Positions 58,259 to 64,000 of a DNA stretch of 64,000 bases are shown here, piece after piece. The stretch spans positions 744,001 to 808,000 of the forward strand of contig AP026128.1 of assembly GCA_030295235.1 (NCBI GenBank), read 5' to 3'. This DNA comes from Fistulifera solaris. Lineage: Eukaryota. The notes beneath the pieces were generated by a model that worked only from the letters and a program-made list of their open reading frames with translations, ran no database searches and was not told the origin of the DNA. The translations under genes were made by a program, and so were the position numbers. Numbering within the stretch: position 1 is the stretch's first letter; each line of letters begins with the position of its first letter.

Positions 58259-59346
58259 TCAACTGAGGTAGTCTCTTTGGAGGATACTCGCAGCTTCTTG
58301 GGCCCCCGATGGGAACACAAGTGGTTTATTCCATTCACAATCTAGTAATGAGTTGCCAATGTCCGCAATTGTGCTCACGAGATCCGACCAATCACAAAAG
58401 AGAACGTGACCATAATCATTGTGCCATTCTTGCAAACAAGCGTGCTCCGGCCAATCAGGCCGATTGATGCAGATGGCGGGGACTTGATTCACGACGGCTT
58501 CCGTCTGTGTACCGTAGCCGGTTTTCGTAATCACCAAATCACTGCTGGCCAATAAATCAATATACGACATATGCTGCTCGAGCAATGATTGCGCTAGAAA
58601 ATCCGCTCGTTTAGGTGCTTTCTGTAAAATAGAATCGGGCCATATCCAATAGACATTCTTCTTACGAGGCCATTGATGAAGAGGAAAACCATCCAAAGCG
58701 ACGCCGCCCACACCTACTAAAATAAAACGCGCCGCATCATTCTTCACAAGTGACTTTAAGGGTCTCTTTTGCCCTACTCGAGCCACCGGAGCGATCGCTT
58801 TTCGCCTTGGAATAAAGTCCATGGGCATGGATGGTGTAGGTTGTAAAAGAGGTCGCACTGTTCGTATGCGTGGACCATCTGGTTGTGAATTTCGGCCGAC
58901 CCTTTCTCATTTTGACAGTAAGAGAGAAAGATATCTGCCCAATTCAGGGAACACAGTCCAACATTCGGAATCCCTAACATCCCAGCAGCATCGAGACTGA
59001 GATAAGGGACATTACTGAGCAAGCAATCCGGTTGAAGTCGTTCGAGTTGTCGAGCTGCCGATGCCCGTCGTTCTTGATAATTGCTATGAAACTCCCGATA
59101 CCAATCCATCGTGGCCTCGACATCGACCGTCAATGCATCGCGCATGATCATCCCCGTATCAAGTTCGGCTTCCATTAATCGAAAGGGACGGTGCAAACGT
59201 TCGCAGAGTGTCTTCTCGTTGGCAGCACGCGTGCGAATGGTCAGTTGCTCGATTTCGGGCAAAGCATTTAGCACAGCGGCCGTCTGCGCGACGTGACCAA
59301 AGCCGTGTGCCGATATATCTACAACCACGTGCTTCATTAGCACCAT
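58259..59346 (-). CDS. GT-B fold glycosyltransferase-like protein (ISxHGFGH family), intronless, one frameshift near 58850
   Basis: HVVVDISAHGFGHVAQ, QPDCLLSNVPYL, SLNWADIF, DLVITKTGYGT..EA and RPDWPE. Confidence 0.8.
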
Positions 59347-59757
59347 GCTTCCGTGGTTCCGTTGTATTGAGGATGAATGATACCGCGCCGTATTATCGAA
59401 ATGATAAAAAACCGCTTTATGACTCATGACTGAAAGAATATTGCAGTCGTGATGACAATAGAATAAACCAACACTCGGACCTATGGGCCTGTACTAACGG
59501 CAGGGTTTTGAGGATGGGATCCCAGGTTTTATGGCCTAACAGGCTTTAGGATGACACGACAGACGGTCCCAACAGGCCAAAAAAATCTGGGTTTGCCCAG
59601 GTTTTTTTTCGTTCCCCATTTTTTTTCTGGGCAGCCCAAGTAAGCTGGGATCGGCTGGGACCGCGCAATTTTCCTCGTCCGTTTTGATTTCTTTTCACTC
59701 CATTCATCTTCCGTTTTCACAATATCCATCTATTCCGGTAACAACGTAAAGACTAAC

Positions 59758-61461
59758 ATGGCTAGCGAAGACACGACACCTCCCAACGATTCTCTTCCCG
59801 ACTGGGGGTCGAACAATGGCAACTACGACGACGATTCGCTTGCAACGACAATCCACCGGCTGAAGAATCTTCGGTGGAGACCGCCGAACTTCAGCGCGTA
59901 TTGGAAGTTCCTGTCACGGCACAGCCTAGAAACAGGCCTCGTACAGTAGTTGTCCCTGCATCCGGCCTCCAGGACAACCAGATGCCTCTGTACGTGCCGA
60001 TGAGACCGCGGCTGCTGCCCCAGCTCCGTCGATTGCGCAGCTTCTAACGGCAACAACACTTCTAACGCCAACGGCACTGTTGTCACCGCACCATCTTCCG
60101 CTGCCGAGACTTCCTCCACACGAAAAGGAACAAGGCTGGATTAATGATAGTGTAACGTTTGCGGATTTTGAAGTTGACGAATCAGGCAAGCCGGTCTCCA
60201 TCCGTGGCATGCTATTCTCGACTTTCCACTGCAAAGTCCTTCGCTCACTCTGCAGTCACGACAAATTCAAACTAAATGGTGTCAGCAAGTGTACTACCAA
60301 AGCTGACTATATTGCCTTCCCTCGTAGATGGGTATAAAAACAAAGATGTGATTACCGCCGTGGGAGGTATTGACGAAAGGTTGACTCCCAATTGCAGATT
60401 CCGTATTCTCAACATCATCTTCGACGACAGCTACGCCACCAAATTCATCGAGGCACATCACACCACTGGGACTATTCCTGAAACTGGGGGGAGGTAAGGA
60501 GGGCGTTTTGGAAGGAAGCAGAAACGGAGTTTCAGAATCCTGAAAAGTATTACGGGGTATATTTTACTAGCGGTGAATCAGATAAAGTCGACCTGCTCCT
60601 ACGCGAGAAGACCTCTTTCATCAAAAAAACCGACAAAATTCTTCCCCACAACGCAAAGCGGCTTCGCTATCTATCAGGAAATCACCCGCAAGTACAGGGA
60701 CATTCACTTTCGTTACACGCGATCCGGCAGCCATCAGGACTTTTGGAATTTCTGCGGAGGATGCATTACTTCTTATTATCTTCACAAGTTGCTGCAGGAT
60801 TTGAAGCCGAATTTGTTAGCAACGGTCAACAAGGAATTGCCTCCTGACTCTTTTATGACTACGGAGGACATTCGTGCCATCTTCTTGGAGGACGACGGGA
60901 CTCCGCCAGAGGATAATATCGAGCCCTATAACATGTTTGGGCGCACTCCGAACTCCAACAAACAAGCAAAGAAAGATGACGACGATCTAAGAACACTTGT
61001 TTCAGTCGTTTCCGCGGGAAGAAAGGATAAGGAAGACGCACTTTCGATGAAGACAAAACTTGCCGAAGGAAAGCTGATTATCATGCAAGCCGAATTAGAT
61101 CACAAAGTTGCCATGGCTAAGAGCCGAAGAAGAACGAAAGGTCGAGGGAGGTAAATATGCGTAAACAGGAGATGGAATTTCAGCGTAAAGGAAGAGGAAC
61201 GCAAGCAGGAGTTGCACGAAGTCGATGCAATTCAAGTTGTCGCTGGAAGAACTACACCGGCAACTTGCTCAGGAGCGTGAGCAATGGGAATCAATTCAGG
61301 TTCAAATCAATGCTAAATTCGAACTCGCTAATAAAACCACCAACGAGACTTTGGTTCGGATGCTGTCGAACGATATCGAGAGACTTCAAGGGAAAATTAT
61401 TGAAGTCGAGGCAGAGGTGAACCGTATTAAAAAAGTCATCGTTGACTGTCAGTCAAAGTAG
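59758..61461 (+). CDS. Harbinger accessory (ORF1-type, putative DNA-binding) protein, fragmented by several frameshifts
   Basis: Chain of + strand ORF pieces (59758, 60080, 60276, 60573, 61225) inside the TIRs. CRFRILNIIF motif and a C-terminal coiled coil. Confidence 0.65.
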
Positions 61462-61525
61462 AGTATCTTTTCGATTCCCTCGCAAAGTCCGTTTCAGTTA
61501 TATATCAGTAACTATTACATAAGAA

Positions 61526-61550
61526 CTATTATTATTATTATTATTATTAT
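61526..61550. repeat. (ATT)n microsatellite between the converging transposon ORFs
   Basis: tattattattattattattattat. Confidence 0.85.
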
Positions 61551-62919
61551 AACAATGTGTGTTGTGCTTTATCTTCGACGGCGAGCCGGTCGAACCAATC
61601 CCAAGCGGCAATTTTATTAACGTAAGCTCTCCTGAGTTGAGACTCCCCCGTAACCTGTATAGCTAGCTCTGGATAGACAAGAGGCCTATCGTAGAAATTA
61701 TCCGCATCTCCATAGTTGTCGATTTCATCATCGTTGTCGGCATACTCTAACGTTTGCCCATCGTGTCTGAATTGCATCTCACTTTCGCCGATACAGAAAT
61801 TCTGGAGAATGCAGCATGAAAGGAAAATGAGACCAACTGTTCGAAGACATGCCTTCTGGTCATGCTGAAAGATACGGAAGCGGTTGGTGAGATAACCAAA
61901 TGCTCTTTCGATTGTGGTTCTCATCTGACTCAAGTAGAAGTTATAGTTGCCGTTCATTTCAGTTCGACCACTAGCACCCGCAAAGGGGTCAGCAGGTGCT
62001 CAGTACAACCATACAGCGTTATCGCCAGCAATGAAGTAGCCAAGGGGTAAACTTTCAATTTTGTTGGCAAGCGGATTAAGCTTATGTGCAGACACGTCTG
62101 GTTGGCTGCCAGGAAGCAACGCAGACAGAGGTAAAGCGCATAGTGGGATCACAGCACGCTTGGCCGTTGATGCCGTAGCGGTGATAATGACCAGAAAAAA
62201 AGGCCTTTTGGTTTCCTTCACCACAATCAGAGACTCGCGGAGTTTTTGTGCAAATAAGGAACCCATCAAGGCAACCGACACATCCATTGATGACACCACG
62301 GGTACTCTTCTTCCGAAACCCCCTAGCTGCATGCTTTATCTCTGCCTCGGTTGAAGGAAACTTTATCGCAAGCTCGGGACACTGAATAAGAGCCTTGAGG
62401 CAGTTGTTTGTGACGCGGTAAAACGAGGACTTTGAAATTCCCATCTGCAAACACACAGCACGATAATCTGTGCCGCTCAACCACCGCAAAGTCGTGGCAA
62501 CGATAAGGACAGTATCAATAGGATCCGTTCCTGTGCTGTAGGAACGACATTTCCTTATTGATTTTCAGAAAAGGATCCAAGAGCGAACACAGCTTTTGAA
62601 AGGATGGGTAAGTCATTCGATACAACATGACAAATTCATTTACACGTCGAAGATGCAAAATGTTGACGTGTCTGGTCCAATCGATTCGCTTGTTCACAAT
62701 GTATTCCGGACGAGGAATTGGGCGCCTTTTATATGCGGCGCATGCAATAGCAGCGACGACAAAGTCGTCCACAATGATATCGTCGTCCGTATCATCATCA
62801 GAATCCGATTCGGAAAACAGATCCATATCACAATCAGAATCAAAATCCCAGTCGGAATCGGAATCGGACTCATGCAGCCAGGAGTGGATAATGTCGCTGC
62901 AATTTATGGAAGAAAACAT
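61547..62919 (-). CDS. PIF/Harbinger DDE transposase (three frameshifts)
   Basis: YRMTYPSF..L, LRWLSG + HTH (MGISKSSFY), GCVGCLDG, FSGHY...GIN.QACCD, PGSQPD, IAGDNA and YNFYLSQMRTTIERAFG. Confidence 0.92.
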
Positions 62920-64000
62920 AGCAAGCGTTTACGTTAGGTGAATGAACGAAAGCAATGAACATTAAGTGAAATGCCGACAATCTAAAATGTGGCGCCAAAA
63001 TTGATTTTTAAAAAAAAATGCGTTGTCTTACTGTCACTAACATTAAAACCCATGATCCCAAGTGTCAAAACTCGTTAACACCAATTACGGACCCCATGTA
63101 GGGATAAGCCTCTTGAGTGCCAGTCGTAGGCCATAAAACCTGGGATCCCATCCTCAAAACCCTGCCGTTAGTACAGGCCCTATAGTAAATACAAGAGAGG
63201 GCGAATTTACATCATGAATCATTACAGGACATGTGTGAAAGCCCTTATCCCTAAGGAAGTTTTCATGACTTCAAAGTCGACTTACAGGATAAGTGGACTT
63301 GAAAGTCCTCTTAATTTCTGGACGTAGGACATGGTAGGATTTGTACACAGATGATTTTTTCTCCACCTCGCGTAACAACGACAGCGACGTCAATGATGCT
63401 GATCATTGATTTGCATCAAAAAGAGCGATTCAGTTAAAGAAATTCTAATACAAACATAGTAAATCCTCTTGCTATCGGTATGGGCTGCTAAACTTGCCCA
63501 AGGGCTGCTTGTAAGAGCCGAAGGGGACTTATCGCCTCGTATTCGTAATACCTCCGTTGCGCAGTCGATTGCAGCCAACTCCTGTTGAGAAAATCAATGT
63601 ACCCGACTATGTAAGTGATCGAAATATCATAAGGACTTTCTTTATTAGCTCTCACCTATTGTCAACGCTGTAGGCCCCATTCGTTCCGGTAAATACCCCC
63701 GACGGCGCAAGCAATTTTATGATCGTCGCCATGCTTTTTCCCTAAGTAAAATCGTGATTTGTGGACGCGCTTCTTTAATTTCAAACTCCTTCATTCAACA
63801 ATCAACCAAAGTGTCCAAGAAAAGTCAATTCTTGTTTTATTACTTGAACTCCGCTCCGTTGGGGTCGGTAGCTGCTCTAGAGTCACGACGAGCGGAGCCT
63901 ATCCATGATCTCGACTAGCAGGCCATTCTGAACGCCATCTGCTTGATTTACCTCGCAAACTTGCACAAAGAAAGGAATCTATTTACTGCAGTTTGTTTTT

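Larger units (their letters stand above)
59485..63180. mobile_element. Full-length PIF/Harbinger DNA transposon, 3696 bp
   Basis: Identical 54-bp TIRs (gggcctgtactaacggcagggttttgaggatgggatcccaggttttatggccta) at 59485-59538 and 63127-63180. TAT is duplicated at 59482-59484 and 63181-63183. Two convergent ORFs. Confidence 0.95.

Noticed and set aside
63390..63732. Possible short spliced minus-strand gene (GT-AG pair near 63582-63655)
   Set aside because: The spliced product would be short with no recognisable domain, and the window ends nearby.

Overview
Gene-dense eukaryotic window, most likely a raphid pennate diatom. The evidence is short GT-AG introns, signal-peptide-plus-Phe plastid presequences, a cyclase-phosphodiesterase fusion and an FBP1-like gene. 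About 25 protein-coding genes are supported, including MRPL15, asparaginase, an ankyrin-RBR E3 ligase, CDC5, Hsp10, PRMT7, DNAJC11, GME, a PPR protein, KRR1, SEC63 and coproporphyrinogen oxidase. Many conserved genes are broken by single-base shifts, often at homopolymers, which points to assembly indels rather than pseudogenes. The accessory content is rich. It includes a full-length two-ORF PIF/Harbinger transposon (perfect 54-bp TIRs, TAT TSD) and four kinds of MITE-like element: one with a 5-bp TSD, one with a 7-bp TSD, a foldback family present twice, and a short-TIR element. Three separate minisatellite arrays with different periods all share the palindromic core CCAGA-N3-TCTGG. Other highlights are a membrane-anchored bacterial-type siderophore-binding protein, a 7-nt microexon at the cyclase catalytic site and a candidate OM47-like beta-barrel protein. 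All family assignments come from motif recognition by eye, not database searches.
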